DNA of 64,000 nucleotides, taken from the NCBI GenBank assembly GCA_963736005.1, contig CAVTNB010000003.1, forward strand, positions 453,445 to 517,444, given 5' to 3'. Position numbers and translations under genes: made by a program. The stretch comes from an uncultured Pseudomonadota bacterium. Lineage in GTDB: Bacteria > Vulcanimicrobiota > Vulcanimicrobiia > Eremiobacterales > Eremiobacteraceae. Numbering within the stretch: the first letter of the stretch is position 1; each line of letters starts with the position of its first letter. Shown in pieces: positions 36,710 to 47,497 of this stretch. The notes under the pieces were generated by a model, which saw only the letters and a list, made by a program, of their open reading frames with translations, did no database searches and was not told where the DNA came from.

Positions 36710-38108
36710 CGAGATAGGCGAGGATCTCCTGTCGCAGTCCGGGCTCGTAGGCGCGTAGTACGTTCTCGCGCACGCTTATGGGGAGCGAACTGAGCACGTA
36801 CGCTGTGGTTTGTGGCAGCTCGTTGCGCAGCGTCGCCTGCAACTCGCTGGCCGCTCGCTCTTCCGCCGACGTCGCCGGCACGTGGCGTGCGAAGAACCCG
36901 AACCAAGCGACAACTGCCGCAACAAATATCGCACCGAGCATGACGAAGCGCATGCGAAACGATTTCGCGGTAGCCGCCCCCACGGGTGCTGGTGGCTTTC
37001 GAAAAGGCAGCGCGGCAACCACAACCTGATCGCTTGCAAGATCCGCACCGGCCGCTGCGCGCACCACATCGGTAATAAGTTTTGACTGACCCTGGGCAAC
37101 CTTCTGAGCGTCGACAAAGACTGCAACCGACAATTTTGCGAGCGCATCGGCGTGCGCCGTGCGTGTTTCAACAAGCGTGTCGTACGAGTACCGAGTATGC
37201 GAACGCTCCTTCGTAAAGGTCTTACCACTCTCGCTGCCGCGCTCCGTGCCGCGTTCCGCTTCGAGCAGACCATGCGGCGTGACAAGCGTGCGCTGCAGTG
37301 ACCGTTCCTCGTCAGCCGTTCGCATCGTGACGCGAACGACCGTCGCGCCCGGCCCGAAGACAGCATCCAACGCCGACTGAATCGAATTCTGCAACCGCGT
37401 CTCTCTGCCAAACGCCTGCTCGGGCGCTGGACTGGCGCTGACATCTCCGAGTGAATCCATGACAACAACATGCTCGGCGGAGAGCCCTGGATAACTGGCC
37501 GCCACAAACCGTTTGATGCCGCCGATCTGATTTTGCGTCAACGTTACACCGGGTTGCATGAGCAGCTGGACGCTGGCGCTTGCCGGAGCGCGGCTCGCAT
37601 CATCCCCAAGCGGATCAACATTCGCCGGTGCGATGACAACCGTTGCGTCCGAGATGCCGGTCATGCGCCGCAGACCGAAAACCAAATCGCCTTCGATACC
37701 CGCGCGCCGTTGATCATCCACGAAAGCCTGCGGGGCAAATGCGTTTGGCGGCTGTTCGAGTACGTCTGCGGTCGTGGGAACGTAGCGATGTGGCAATCCA
37801 GCGAGGGTGAGGCGCAGCAGTACGTCACGACGGTGCGAGGCGGGGACGTAAATCTGCGTGTGTTGGCCATCAGTGCTAAATGGTTCGTTCCACAGGAGGA
37901 GCGCTCGTTCGATCTCCATAGCCTGGCTTGGATGAAGGGCGACGTCGAACAATGCGGTTTGAGCGCTCATCTTCGCACCGCCGGCAAGGAAGAGCGCGAT
38001 ACAAACAATCGCTCCGACGAGAGCGAGTGCCGGAGTTTTTCTCGGGCCGAGCCACTGCACACACTGGCGGAACATCTTCGGCACGGCCGCCGGGAGGAGC
38101 GCGAGCAT
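36690..38108 (-). CDS. fliF: FliF M-ring protein with C-terminal FliG-middle-like segment
   Basis: Two TM segments, ASASVQL, GIKRFVAASYPGL..EHVVVMD, KLSVAVFVD; tail NELPQTTAYVLSSL. Confidence 0.85.
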   Translation of the reverse strand: MLALLPAAVPKMFRQCVQWLGPRKTPALALVGAIVCIALFLAGGAKMSAQTALFDVALHPSQAMEIERALLLWNEPFSTDGQHTQIYVPASHRRDVLLRLTLAGLPHRYVPTTADVLEQPPNAFAPQAFVDDQRRAGIEGDLVFGLRRMTGISDATVVIAPANVDPLGDDASRAPASASVQLLMQPGVTLTQNQIGGIKRFVAASYPGLSAEHVVVMDSLGDVSASPAPEQAFGRETRLQNSIQSALDAVFGPGATVVRVTMRTADEERSLQRTLVTPHGLLEAERGTERGSESGKTFTKERSHTRYSYDTLVETRTAHADALAKLSVAVFVDAQKVAQGQSKLITDVVRAAAGADLASDQVVVAALPFRKPPAPVGAATAKSFRMRFVMLGAIFVAAVVAWFGFFARHVPATSAEERAASELQATLRNELPQTTAYVLSSLPISVRENVLRAYEPGLRQEILAYLDGRTHT

Positions 38109-38111
38109 CGC

Positions 38112-38399
38112 TTAGAGCTGAGTTTGCAGCAGTTGCGTGATCGCGCCGCTTACTTTTGCAGCCGCGATGGCCGCAACTTCGAGCATGACGTCGGCTTTTG
38201 CGCGCGCAACCGTCGCATCTGCGATGTCTGCCTTTTTTGCCGTCGCTGACGCCGCAAGTGCATCGGCCTTGTTCAGCGCTCCTGAAAGTGAATCGAGCGC
38301 ATTGCCCAACGCTTCGCCGAAGGATGAGGTTTCCGGTTCCCGCAGGACCGCATTTTGCATGGGTGCGATCGCGCCGATCGGTCCAATTCTAGGCGTCAT
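38112..38399 (-). CDS. fliE: Flagellar hook-basal body protein
   Basis: SFGEALGNALD...KVSGAITQLLQTQL; synteny. Confidence 0.85.
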   Translation of the reverse strand: MTPRIGPIGAIAPMQNAVLREPETSSFGEALGNALDSLSGALNKADALAASATAKKADIADATVARAKADVMLEVAAIAAAKVSGAITQLLQTQL

Positions 38400-38884
38400 G
38401 ACGAGCGGTCGATGTCGACGGTTTCCAAATCCATCTGCTTGGCCGCCGAGAGCATGCTGACGTTTGCATCGTAAGCGCGCCCCACGGAAACGAGCGCCAC
38501 CATCTGCTCGATCGGGTCGACATCCGGCAGGGCAACGTAGCCCTTGTGCGCCCCACTGCGCGCTGCGAACGGATTCCCGGGATCGAAACGGTATTGAGGA
38601 GGGTCGGGGCGTTCCACGACATCGGCGACTTCAACCCCTGAAGGTTGCGCGCTTTCTGATTCTCCGAAAGCCAAATCTGAGAAGTCGTCGTCGCTCGCCA
38701 CCGCAAGAGCGCTCTTGAACGATGCTTCAAAGGGCTGCGCTTGCTCGAGCACCGCCGTCTGTGCATGGAACACGGCTCCATCCGCCCTAGGCACCCCCGC
38801 GTTCGCCAAGTTGAGAGCGATGACGTCCATCTGGGTTCGCTCTGCAGCCATGCCACTCGAGGCGATATCGTAGATGTCGCTCAC
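38396..38884 (-). CDS. flgC: Flagellar basal-body rod protein
   Basis: IASSGMAAERTQMDVIALNLANA, GYVALPDVD, RAYDANV. Confidence 0.92.
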   Translation of the reverse strand: MSDIYDIASSGMAAERTQMDVIALNLANAGVPRADGAVFHAQTAVLEQAQPFEASFKSALAVASDDDFSDLAFGESESAQPSGVEVADVVERPDPPQYRFDPGNPFAARSGAHKGYVALPDVDPIEQMVALVSVGRAYDANVSMLSAAKQMDLETVDIDRSS

Positions 38885-38885
38885 C

Positions 38886-39206
38886 TCAGCGCCTTGATTC
38901 CTCGGCGACGGTTCGCAGCTCGTGAAGCATGGCCCGCTCCTGGTCGACGAGCTCGTGATACGTCACTGCGTTGCGCGCTTGGGCGCCCATGGCGTATTCC
39001 AAAACGCCGACAGTTCCGCGAGCATCGATCTCTTGCATGACAGCGGCGAAGGGTGGCCCAGTGCCCGAATCATTCTCAAGCAGCTGGGCATCCCGTGCCA
39101 CGAAGCCAGGCGTACGAGCGTTCGCAACGTCTTCCGCCAGCAGTCCTCCCCTGGCGCGCGCAAAACGCATGGCCGCTTCAATGCTTTCGAATGCTATGTC
39201 GCTCAT
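38886..39206 (-). CDS. flgB: Flagellar basal-body rod protein (divergent)
   Basis: LAEDVANARTPGFVARD; first gene of the operon. Confidence 0.85.
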   Translation of the reverse strand: MSDIAFESIEAAMRFARARGGLLAEDVANARTPGFVARDAQLLENDSGTGPPFAAVMQEIDARGTVGVLEYAMGAQARNAVTYHELVDQERAMLHELRTVAEESRR

Positions 39207-39271
39207 GGAACCCGCATGCTAGCGCGCTTTTATGTCCGCGGTCTTGCCGACAATTGGCCATCAAGCGCCAA

Positions 39272-39295
39272 GTAGTCGCGCGAATTTATTCGCGC
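39272..39295. repeat. REP-like palindrome (family A, GTAGTCGCGCGAATTTATTCGCGC)
   Basis: Copies at 44155, 44189, 45096 (core only), 45978, 50139, 59444, 59604 (variant) and 59638. Confidence 0.88.
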
Positions 39296-39317
39296 CTGAC
39301 GGGGTTATGCCGATATT

Positions 39318-41102
39318 ATGAAGGTGAACAAGCGCGACCGCCGGGACGATCCCTGGAACCGGATCGCCTCGCGATTAGACGAGGCACTTGACGACGCGCG
39401 AAATCTCGCGGAACGTCCTGCACCGAACGTACGCGGCGTCGAAAAACTCCTGGCATTACTCGCGGATGCGCGACGTGACGTCCAAGCCCGGGAACTTGAA
39501 GCCCGCGTTGCTGCCACACGAGCGCAGCGCTTGGAATCAGACCTCGAAGGTCAGCGCAAGCGTGCAGATGTTCTCGTGCGAATTGGCAAGGCTATCAATG
39601 CCGTTCGAGAGCTGCCCGCGCTCTTGCAGCTCGTGATCGATCTTGCCGTCGACGCAACCAAAGCCGAGCGCGGTCTCATCGTCGTTCGTGATCCAGAAGG
39701 CCAGGTTCGAGAGTTTAGCGCCACTGCCAATCTCGACTCGCAGATCATCGGCCAACCTGAGTTTGCCGTGAGCCGCTCCATTCTCGAACGAGTCTTCCGG
39801 GAAGGACAACCCGTCGCCACGACGGACGCGCAAAACGATCCCGAGATCAACACGGCGCCGAGCGTTCGCTCATTGCACATCCGCTCGATCATTTGCGTTC
39901 CCATCCGAGGTCAGGACGACGTCATCGGCGTCATGTACGTGGATTCCCGGATCACGACGGAAGCATTGTTGGCGCACGATCCGGATTTGCTCGCAACCAT
40001 CGCCGACCAGGCGGCCGTCGCCATAGACAACGCTCGACTGTACGATCACATACGGCGCAGTTTCAAAGAGCTGTCTGCGGTGAAAGCTCAAAATGACGAG
40101 GTCCTCGAGTCCATCGCGTCGGGCGTCATCATCTTTGACGACAAAGAAACGATTTCGCAGTTCAACCGTGCCGCGGAACTCACGTTCGGGATGTCCGGCT
40201 CGACCGTCGTAGGACGCAGCGCCCGTATCCTCGACACGTGGCTCCCCGGTTTTACCTCGTTGCTGAGTCAGCACAAGGCAAACCCGGATGCTCATATGCA
40301 AGTCGAGATTCCCGGCAACCACTTCGTGCGCGGGCCATTCCTCTTGCAGGTGACCTTTTTCCGCATTCGTGGGACCGTTTCGGGAGATAGCACGGCCGCC
40401 GTAATTAACGATCTAACGGAGAGCCGGGCTCTGGTGGCCGAAAATCAAGCACAGGCGCAAAAAAGCGAGCGCATCGCCCGTTCGTTCGAACGCTATCTGG
40501 CCCCCCACGTCGTCAGTTCTCTCATGAAGGACCCCGAGCACGTGGTGCTCGGCGGAACCCGCCAAACCGCCACCATGCTGTTTGCAGACATTCGCGGCTT
40601 CACCGAACTCTCACAGAGATTGATGCCGGAACAGGTGGTCGAGTTGCTGAATCGTTACCTAGCTCCAGTCGTCAACGTCGTTTTTGCCAATGCCGGCTTG
40701 CTCGACAAGTTCTACGGGGATGGCGTGATGGCGGTCTTCGGGCCGCCTCGACCCAGCGACGACGACGCCTGGCGCGCGGTGCTCACCGCAGAGCAGATTC
40801 TCGAGCAAGTACGAGTGCTCAACGGCCAGCCGGGCGTTACCTGGCCCCTGGCTGTGAGCATCGGCCTTGCGACCGGCGACGTGGTTGCCGGGCACATCGG
40901 CTCGGAACGCCGCCTCGAGTACACGGTAATTGGAGACGCAGTGAACTTGGCATCCCGCTTGCAGCAGATCGCTCAGCCAAATCAGATTCTCGCCGATGAA
41001 CGGACGTACGACCGCGTCAAAGGACGAATTGCCGCAACCAAGCGATTGGCCCGTATCAAGGGCAAGGCAGGCCTGACGCCAGTATACGTCATTCATGGGT
41101 GA
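39318..41102 (+). CDS. GAF-PAS class III adenylate cyclase
   Basis: FADIRGFT, DKFYGDGVMAVFG, YTVIGDAVNLASRLQ. Confidence 0.92.
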   Translation: MKVNKRDRRDDPWNRIASRLDEALDDARNLAERPAPNVRGVEKLLALLADARRDVQARELEARVAATRAQRLESDLEGQRKRADVLVRIGKAINAVRELPALLQLVIDLAVDATKAERGLIVVRDPEGQVREFSATANLDSQIIGQPEFAVSRSILERVFREGQPVATTDAQNDPEINTAPSVRSLHIRSIICVPIRGQDDVIGVMYVDSRITTEALLAHDPDLLATIADQAAVAIDNARLYDHIRRSFKELSAVKAQNDEVLESIASGVIIFDDKETISQFNRAAELTFGMSGSTVVGRSARILDTWLPGFTSLLSQHKANPDAHMQVEIPGNHFVRGPFLLQVTFFRIRGTVSGDSTAAVINDLTESRALVAENQAQAQKSERIARSFERYLAPHVVSSLMKDPEHVVLGGTRQTATMLFADIRGFTELSQRLMPEQVVELLNRYLAPVVNVVFANAGLLDKFYGDGVMAVFGPPRPSDDDAWRAVLTAEQILEQVRVLNGQPGVTWPLAVSIGLATGDVVAGHIGSERRLEYTVIGDAVNLASRLQQIAQPNQILADERTYDRVKGRIAATKRLARIKGKAGLTPVYVIHG

Positions 41103-44100
41103 TTGTGGCTACGCATAGCATAGGCGAAGGACAACCGGAAACACCGCCACAGCCAAGCTCGGCAGACACGCGTGGGAGCGCTGCAGCGACCATTGCTGCG
41201 TCAGCACTTGGGTTGCTCGGCTGTAATGCGTGCGAAGTCTATCTTTATGATGAGAGGGTCGATGCGTATATCAGCGTTGCCCTCGTCAGCGACGATCAAA
41301 AGCCAGCGCCGGGTGCGCGCATCCTCGCGAGCGTGATTGCAGATGTCTATCCCGAGGACATCGACGTGCTGACCGTTGACGACACGCGATCCCTTGAGGA
41401 ACCTCTGCGGACCACGACCGCCAACCTCGGTGCGGCATCGGCGCTCATCCTGCGGGTGCGCCGCGACACCCGGCAGCTCGGGGTCATCGTGTGCGCTTAT
41501 CGCTGGTCGCGTCACCTCTCAGCCGCCGGAACGCTCACCCCGATGTCATTCATGCGGATGGCGGCGACCACATTGGACCTCGTGCGTCGAACCGAGAACG
41601 CGCTCGATCGTGCCGACCGGTTGGCCGCTCTGCTTGATAGCGCGGCGCGCTTCGCGGGCGAACTCGATTTGGAATCTCTTTTTGCCGCCATCCACGAGGA
41701 GGTGGCACGCCACATGGACGCGCCATCTTTTTACGTCGCGCTTGAAAGCGGAGAAACGCGGGAACTTCGAACGGAATACGCTATCGAATCCGGAACGCGC
41801 TTGCACTCGGACGTCCTGCCTGGCCGCGAAGGGTTGGCTTCGCAGGTCCAAGCGACCGGGCGACCAGCGCTGGTCGAATGGTCAGACGTATACGCGAAAG
41901 CGGAGGGCAGCGGCGCGGCGGTCGGGGGGACGATTCTCATGGTGCCGATGCGCCTTGGCGATCGGATCATCGGCGTAATGTCAGCCCAGTCCAAAGCTCC
42001 AAACGCCTACACCGAACATCACGTTGAGTTCCTCTTGGAGGTTGCCGAGCAGGCCGCGACCGCCATTCAGAATGCCGGCGTGCTGCGTGAAGAACGCCGC
42101 CGCACCGCCGAACTGACGATGCTCCACCGCGTCGCGGTGTTGACGAGTTCCGAAACCCAGCTCGATCGGATTATGGCGGCGGTCGTCGTTGAGGCAGCTT
42201 CAATTTTTCATTCGGATGCCGCGGCGATAGCGCTCGAAGACGAGCACGGTAACTTCGAACTCGCCGCAACCTTTGGACTGTCAGAGGAGTACCGCAAGAA
42301 GCGCAAAGAGGCGGGAACCTGGTTGCGCGCATTCTATGGCGACCCACCGCGAGAGCGCTATGTGGGACCCGATCAGATTCAATCCATCGGTCAGCCTGAG
42401 CTCGTGGCAAGCGAAGGCATTCGTAACATGTTCTTCATTCCGCTGGTCTACCGTGGGAAACTCGTCGGCAGTCTCGCGCTGCACGGCCGCCAGAGCATCG
42501 TTCGATTGTCGAGCGGTGAGATGCGCTTGGCGCAGGTCTTTGCCGACCAAGTTGCCGCAGCGATGCATCGCGCGCAAGCGGCGGAAACGCTGGCCGAGCG
42601 AATTGAAGATTATGATATCATCACGCGCGTCGGAAGCGCGCTCGCGTCGAGTTTGCCTGTCGATTTTTCCCACGTGCTCGCGTTGTTGCGGGAACAAATG
42701 GGCTACATGCATTGCGCGATCTTCTCGCTCGAAGGACTGCCTGCACGGTTGCAGGTTCGGGCAACCTTTGGCTACGACGCGACGACTGAAAACGCGCAAC
42801 TCACTCTCGACCGAGGCCTGGTTGGGATGGTTGCCAGTCTAGGCGAGATGGCGTATGTGCCCGATGTGTCGCTCGATCGCCGCTATCTGAGCGTGGCTCC
42901 GGGCATTCGCTCGTTCATTGGATATCCGCTCAAAGTAGAGAACAAGGTTTTAGGCGTGCTCTGCGTTGAGAGCCCGAAGCTTGATGGCTTTGCCGCCCGC
43001 GATCGCCGCGTGCTCGCGGCAATCGCCGACCAGATGGCACTCGCCATGTCCAACGCTCGGCAATATGCCACAGCGACAGAGCGGCTGACCACGCTCACGG
43101 TCGCCCGTTCTCAATCCGAGGAGTACGCTAAGTATCTTGAACGGCGCCAGGAGGAGCTCAAGCTGCTCGGCACGGTTGGCTCGGCGGTCAACTCGACGTT
43201 GAATCTGAATCGCATGCTGGCAACGGCAGCTGAGAAAATTGCCCTGAGCTTGCACGTGGAACGCTGCACGATTAGCTTGTATAACGAAGAGCAGACCGAA
43301 ACCGAAGTTGCTGCAGACTCCTGGAATGCAGGATCGCCCGTCTTGGTTGGGGCGCGCTTCCCAGTACGCGAGGATTCACCAGTGCTGCGCATGCTGCGCC
43401 AGCGGCACGCGTTGACGAGCGAGGACGTTTCCGTTGATTCCCGTTTCGATGGGAATCGCCAGGAGATGTTAGAGCTGCAACTGCGCGGCGCTGCCGTGGC
43501 CGCGATTGCTTCGGAAGGTCAAATTTTGGGCACGCTCATCGTGGGGCAGACCTCGGAGCCGAGGCGCTTCACCCCCGAACAGATCGGGGTCTTGGAGACC
43601 ATCGCCACGCAGCTAGCGCTGGGCGTGCGCAACGCGCGTTTATATGGCCGCGCACGCGAGCGAGCGAACGAAGACTCGCTCACGGGGCTTTTCAACCACC
43701 GTTACCTGCACGGAAGGCTCGAGCAGGAGATCGTTCGCAGTCAGCGCATCGGCCAGCCGCTTGCTATCGCACTCTTCGACCTGAACAATTTCAAAGCGTT
43801 CAATGACAACTACGGACATCAGGCCGGCGATGAAGTGTTGCGCTTCATGGCCACCGTGCTGCACATGAGCTTGCGAGCAACCGACATCGCTGGCCGCTAC
43901 GGTGGGGATGAATTCTTGGTGATTTTACCGCAATCCGACGAACAAGGCGCAAGGTTGTTGCTCGAACGTGTGAGGCGCAGGATCGACGAGCAGGCTGGAA
44001 CTGGTCTCTTACCCATCCCCATCAAACTCTCGGCGGGCGTCGCCGTCTATCCACGTGACGGCGATAACAAGGCCGACCTCATCGCGCGCGCGGACGCCGC

Positions 44101-44128
44101 GATGTACGCGGACAAACGCAAAACCTAA
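41099..44128 (+). CDS. Multi-GAF diguanylate cyclase
   Basis: About 5 GAF domains; DSLTGLFN, FNDNYGHQAGD, RATD (I-site), RYGGDEF. Confidence 0.93.
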   Translation: MIVATHSIGEGQPETPPQPSSADTRGSAAATIAASALGLLGCNACEVYLYDERVDAYISVALVSDDQKPAPGARILASVIADVYPEDIDVLTVDDTRSLEEPLRTTTANLGAASALILRVRRDTRQLGVIVCAYRWSRHLSAAGTLTPMSFMRMAATTLDLVRRTENALDRADRLAALLDSAARFAGELDLESLFAAIHEEVARHMDAPSFYVALESGETRELRTEYAIESGTRLHSDVLPGREGLASQVQATGRPALVEWSDVYAKAEGSGAAVGGTILMVPMRLGDRIIGVMSAQSKAPNAYTEHHVEFLLEVAEQAATAIQNAGVLREERRRTAELTMLHRVAVLTSSETQLDRIMAAVVVEAASIFHSDAAAIALEDEHGNFELAATFGLSEEYRKKRKEAGTWLRAFYGDPPRERYVGPDQIQSIGQPELVASEGIRNMFFIPLVYRGKLVGSLALHGRQSIVRLSSGEMRLAQVFADQVAAAMHRAQAAETLAERIEDYDIITRVGSALASSLPVDFSHVLALLREQMGYMHCAIFSLEGLPARLQVRATFGYDATTENAQLTLDRGLVGMVASLGEMAYVPDVSLDRRYLSVAPGIRSFIGYPLKVENKVLGVLCVESPKLDGFAARDRRVLAAIADQMALAMSNARQYATATERLTTLTVARSQSEEYAKYLERRQEELKLLGTVGSAVNSTLNLNRMLATAAEKIALSLHVERCTISLYNEEQTETEVAADSWNAGSPVLVGARFPVREDSPVLRMLRQRHALTSEDVSVDSRFDGNRQEMLELQLRGAAVAAIASEGQILGTLIVGQTSEPRRFTPEQIGVLETIATQLALGVRNARLYGRARERANEDSLTGLFNHRYLHGRLEQEIVRSQRIGQPLAIALFDLNNFKAFNDNYGHQAGDEVLRFMATVLHMSLRATDIAGRYGGDEFLVILPQSDEQGARLLLERVRRRIDEQAGTGLLPIPIKLSAGVAVYPRDGDNKADLIARADAAMYADKRKT

Positions 44129-44215
44129 CCCAAACAAACTTGGAAAATCGCCGTGTAGTCGCGCGAATTTATTCGCGCCCTTGAAAATGTAGTCGCGCGA
44201 ATTTATTCGCGCGTT

Positions 44216-44611
44216 TTAGCGCTTGCTGAACTGGAAGCGTTTGCGGGCGCGCTTGCGGCCGTACTTCTTTGATTCCTTTTCGCGCGGATCGCGGGTGAGG
44301 AACCCAGCTTTGCGGAGGAGCGGGCGCAGAGATTCGTCCATGCGAACGAGGGCGCGTGCGATACCGTGACGGATCGCGCCAGCTTGACCGGAGAGGCCGC
44401 CGCCATGTGCGGTGATCGTGATATTAAAGCGCTCGGCGCTGTTCGTCAGATCGAGCGGTTGGCGGACGACCTGCAAGAGCGAGGCTCGGCCTAAATACTG
44501 ATCGATCGGTCGACCATTGATCTTGATTTCGCCTTGTCCGAGCGCCATGCGAACACGCGTTACTGCGCGCTTGCGGCGGCCGGTGGCTCCATTGAGCGTG
44601 GTTGCTGCCAT
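44216..44611 (-). CDS. rpsI: 30S ribosomal protein S9
   Basis: [29 protein letters not shown]. Confidence 0.98.
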   Translation of the reverse strand: MAATTLNGATGRRKRAVTRVRMALGQGEIKINGRPIDQYLGRASLLQVVRQPLDLTNSAERFNITITAHGGGLSGQAGAIRHGIARALVRMDESLRPLLRKAGFLTRDPREKESKKYGRKRARKRFQFSKR

Positions 44612-45042
44612 TATATCCCCGTGAGTGCCTGAGGCTTGTGCGCCGAGTGCGTGTGCTCGTCACCCGCGAATATCCGCAAGCGCTTCATGCGCTGAGCGCG
44701 CAGGTGGTTGGTGGGAAGCATACCATGAACCGCTGCTTCGACCAGCCGCGTCGGATGCTCCTCGTGCATTTGCTGCGCTGTGCGACGCCGTAGACCACCC
44801 GGAAACTGCGAATGCCGAATGTATTCTTTTTTTGTCCACTTCTTGCCGGTGAGGTGAATCTTCGACGCGTTCGTCACGATGACGAAATCGCCGTTGTCCG
44901 CATGTGGCGTGTAGTCGGGCTTGTGCTTGCCCATCAGCACGGTTGCGATGCGCGCGGCAAAACGGCCGAGTGTTTTATCCTTGGCGTCGGCGATATACCA
45001 ATCGCGTTTCACGCCATTCTTTGAAACGAGCGTTGTGGTCAT
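44611..45042 (-). CDS. rplM: 50S ribosomal protein L13
   Basis: [25 protein letters not shown]. Confidence 0.98.
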   Translation of the reverse strand: MTTTLVSKNGVKRDWYIADAKDKTLGRFAARIATVLMGKHKPDYTPHADNGDFVIVTNASKIHLTGKKWTKKEYIRHSQFPGGLRRRTAQQMHEEHPTRLVEAAVHGMLPTNHLRAQRMKRLRIFAGDEHTHSAHKPQALTGI

Positions 45043-45211
45043 GAGTCCTTACAGGATTCGCCGAACGCACCGCGAGGTCCGGCTTTTTGTGGAGCCTCGC
45101 GAATTTATTCGCGAGGTATGCGGTACGACTTTAGCATGATACCGGACCTCCAGGCATGGCGTCAAGTCAATCTGGGACAAAACTCAGCCCTAAGAAGCTT
45201 GGTTGAGGCCA

Positions 45212-45964
45212 CTAGATCGGCTCGGTGTAATCAACCCTTTCTAGATACAGTCCGTGAGCCGGCGCGGTGAAGCCAGCTCGCCTACGGTCTCGAGAGGCAA
45301 GGATGGCGCCAACGTCCGAGGCCGCCCGATGCGCTCGGCCGACCTCGATTAAGGTCCCTACAACGATGCGCACCATGTTGTGGAGGAAGGAATCGGCGGT
45401 CAATATGACCTCGATAAAGTCATCGCTGCGCTGGACCTGAATTGACTTCACGTTGCGCCGCGTGCCTTTGCTTCGAGACTCTGTTGCGCAAAATGCGGCA
45501 AAGTCGTGTTCGCCGACCAACGTCTGGGCGGCTGTTTGCATCGCGCCGAGATCCAGTGCAGCGCCAACGTGGAAAACCCGCTTTGACGAAAGCGGCGAGG
45601 GGGCGACCCGATTCAAGATCCTATAGCGGTAGGTTCGCGCAACGGCATCGCGACGCGCGGAGAAGCCCGCTTTACGTTCGACGACTCTGACAACCGCAAT
45701 GCTGCTGTGGCGGAGCAACGCGCTGGCAGCGACCACGATCTTTCGAAGCGGCATATCGCTCGAAGTCGCGCAACTGATCACCTGACCGGTTGCATGCACG
45801 CCGGCGTCAGTTCGGCCCGCAGCGACAATCGGGGTGGGGTGACCGAACAGAGTTTCCAACGCCGTCTCGACCCGCTCCGCAATCGAAGGCAAACCTTCTT
45901 GCCGCGCAAAGCCGCGGTAAAATGTTCCGTCGTATTCGAGAACGAGCGCTAAAAGTCGATTCAT
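45212..45964 (-). CDS. truA: tRNA pseudouridine(38-40) synthase
   Basis: YDGT, AGRTDAGVHA, FLHNMVR. Confidence 0.96.
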   Translation of the reverse strand: MNRLLALVLEYDGTFYRGFARQEGLPSIAERVETALETLFGHPTPIVAAGRTDAGVHATGQVISCATSSDMPLRKIVVAASALLRHSSIAVVRVVERKAGFSARRDAVARTYRYRILNRVAPSPLSSKRVFHVGAALDLGAMQTAAQTLVGEHDFAAFCATESRSKGTRRNVKSIQVQRSDDFIEVILTADSFLHNMVRIVVGTLIEVGRAHRAASDVGAILASRDRRRAGFTAPAHGLYLERVDYTEPI

Positions 45965-45997
45965 TATGTCGATTCACGCGCGAATAAATTCGCGCGA

Positions 45998-47497
45998 TTA
46001 CATTTCAGGCTTCTGAAGCGGGAAGAGTAACACGTCGCGGATCGACTCTTGATTCGTGAGAATCATGATGAGCCGATCCAGTCCCACGCCAATGCCGCCC
46101 GTGGGCGGCATCCCGTACTCGAGCGCGTGCACGTAATCCCAGTCCGGTTCGGGCGCCTCCGGGTCGCCGGCCGCTCGTTCCTTCGCTTGCGCCAGAAACC
46201 GCTGGCGCTGATCATCGGGGTCGTTGAGCTCCGAGAACGCATTGGCAATCTCCATGTTCGCCATGAAGAGCTCGAACCGCTCGACCAATTCGGGATCGTT
46301 GGGCTTGCGTTTTGCCAATGGGGAGAGCAGGACGGGATGCTCGGTGATGAACGTGGGATTGATCAGATGCGGTTCGGCGGTGGCTTCAAATAGTTTGTCG
46401 ATGACGTGTCCGTGGCTTGCTCCGGGCTCGATGTTGAGTTTCAGACGCTTGGCCTCAGCTCGGGCTCGCTTTTCGTCCAGAAGATCCTCGCGCGCGAGAC
46501 CGCCATATGTTTGCATTGCGTCGAGATACGTCATGCGAGCAAACGGCGTCGCGATCCGCATCTCGTTGCCGGCATACTCGTGCTTCTCGTGAACGTGCGC
46601 CGCATCCGCCGCTGCCCGTACCATACCCTCGCACAGCTTGAGGATCCCCTCCATATCCGTGTAGGCTTCGTAGAGCTCGAGCATGGTGAACTCGGGATTG
46701 TGGGTTCGATCGATCCCTTCGTTGCGAAAGGTCCGTCCGATTTCATAAACTTTTTCGATGCCTCCCACGATGCATCGCTTGAGATTGAGTTCGGTGGCAA
46801 TGCGCATCTGCAGTGGGATGTCCAGCGCGTGCGAGTGCGTGACGAAGGGCCGCGCGCTGGCGCCGCCCGCGATCGTCAAGAGCGTCGGCGTTTCAACTTC
46901 AACATAGCCGCGCGCGTCCAGATAGCGGCGCAAGGCTGCAATGATGCTGCTGCGCGCCAGCATGGTGTCGAGAACGGGGCGATTGACCATCAGGTCGACA
47001 TAGCGGTGCCGATAGCGCGCCTCCGGATCGACGAGCCCATGCCACTTTTCCGGCAGCGGACGCAATGACTTTGAAAGGATCACGGCTTGCTTGACCGCGA
47101 CCGTCAGTTCACCCGTCTTCGTGCGAAACGGCTCGCCGTGGACGCCGAGCATGTCGCCTCGGTCGAGGAGGTCGACGATCGAGAAGTCGTCGCCCATCGT
47201 CTCTGCCCGAAAATACAATTGAATGCGACCTGTCTGGTCCGCAAGATCGGCAAAGATGGCTTTTTTGCTCATGCGGCGCAGGGGCTGCAGGCGGCCGGCA
47301 AGGGAGACGCCGGCGGTCCCATGCTCGGCGACTTTTAGGTTCTCGAAAGCCTCGCGAGCGGCAACGATATCGTGGCTGCGCTCGAATTTCGTAAGCACGA
47401 ATGGGTCGCGACCCGTTTGGCGCAGCACGTCCAGCTTGGCGCGCCGCGTTTTGATGAGTTCAGCCTCAGTGACCCCGGTTTCGTCGGGTGGGGTCAC
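45998..47497 (-). CDS. lysS: Lysine-tRNA ligase
   Basis: LPEKWHGL, FRNEGID..HNPEFT, YGMPPTGG.G.GLDRL. Confidence 0.98.
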   Translation of the reverse strand: MTPPDETGVTEAELIKTRRAKLDVLRQTGRDPFVLTKFERSHDIVAAREAFENLKVAEHGTAGVSLAGRLQPLRRMSKKAIFADLADQTGRIQLYFRAETMGDDFSIVDLLDRGDMLGVHGEPFRTKTGELTVAVKQAVILSKSLRPLPEKWHGLVDPEARYRHRYVDLMVNRPVLDTMLARSSIIAALRRYLDARGYVEVETPTLLTIAGGASARPFVTHSHALDIPLQMRIATELNLKRCIVGGIEKVYEIGRTFRNEGIDRTHNPEFTMLELYEAYTDMEGILKLCEGMVRAAADAAHVHEKHEYAGNEMRIATPFARMTYLDAMQTYGGLAREDLLDEKRARAEAKRLKLNIEPGASHGHVIDKLFEATAEPHLINPTFITEHPVLLSPLAKRKPNDPELVERFELFMANMEIANAFSELNDPDDQRQRFLAQAKERAAGDPEAPEPDWDYVHALEYGMPPTGGIGVGLDRLIMILTNQESIRDVLLFPLQKPEM

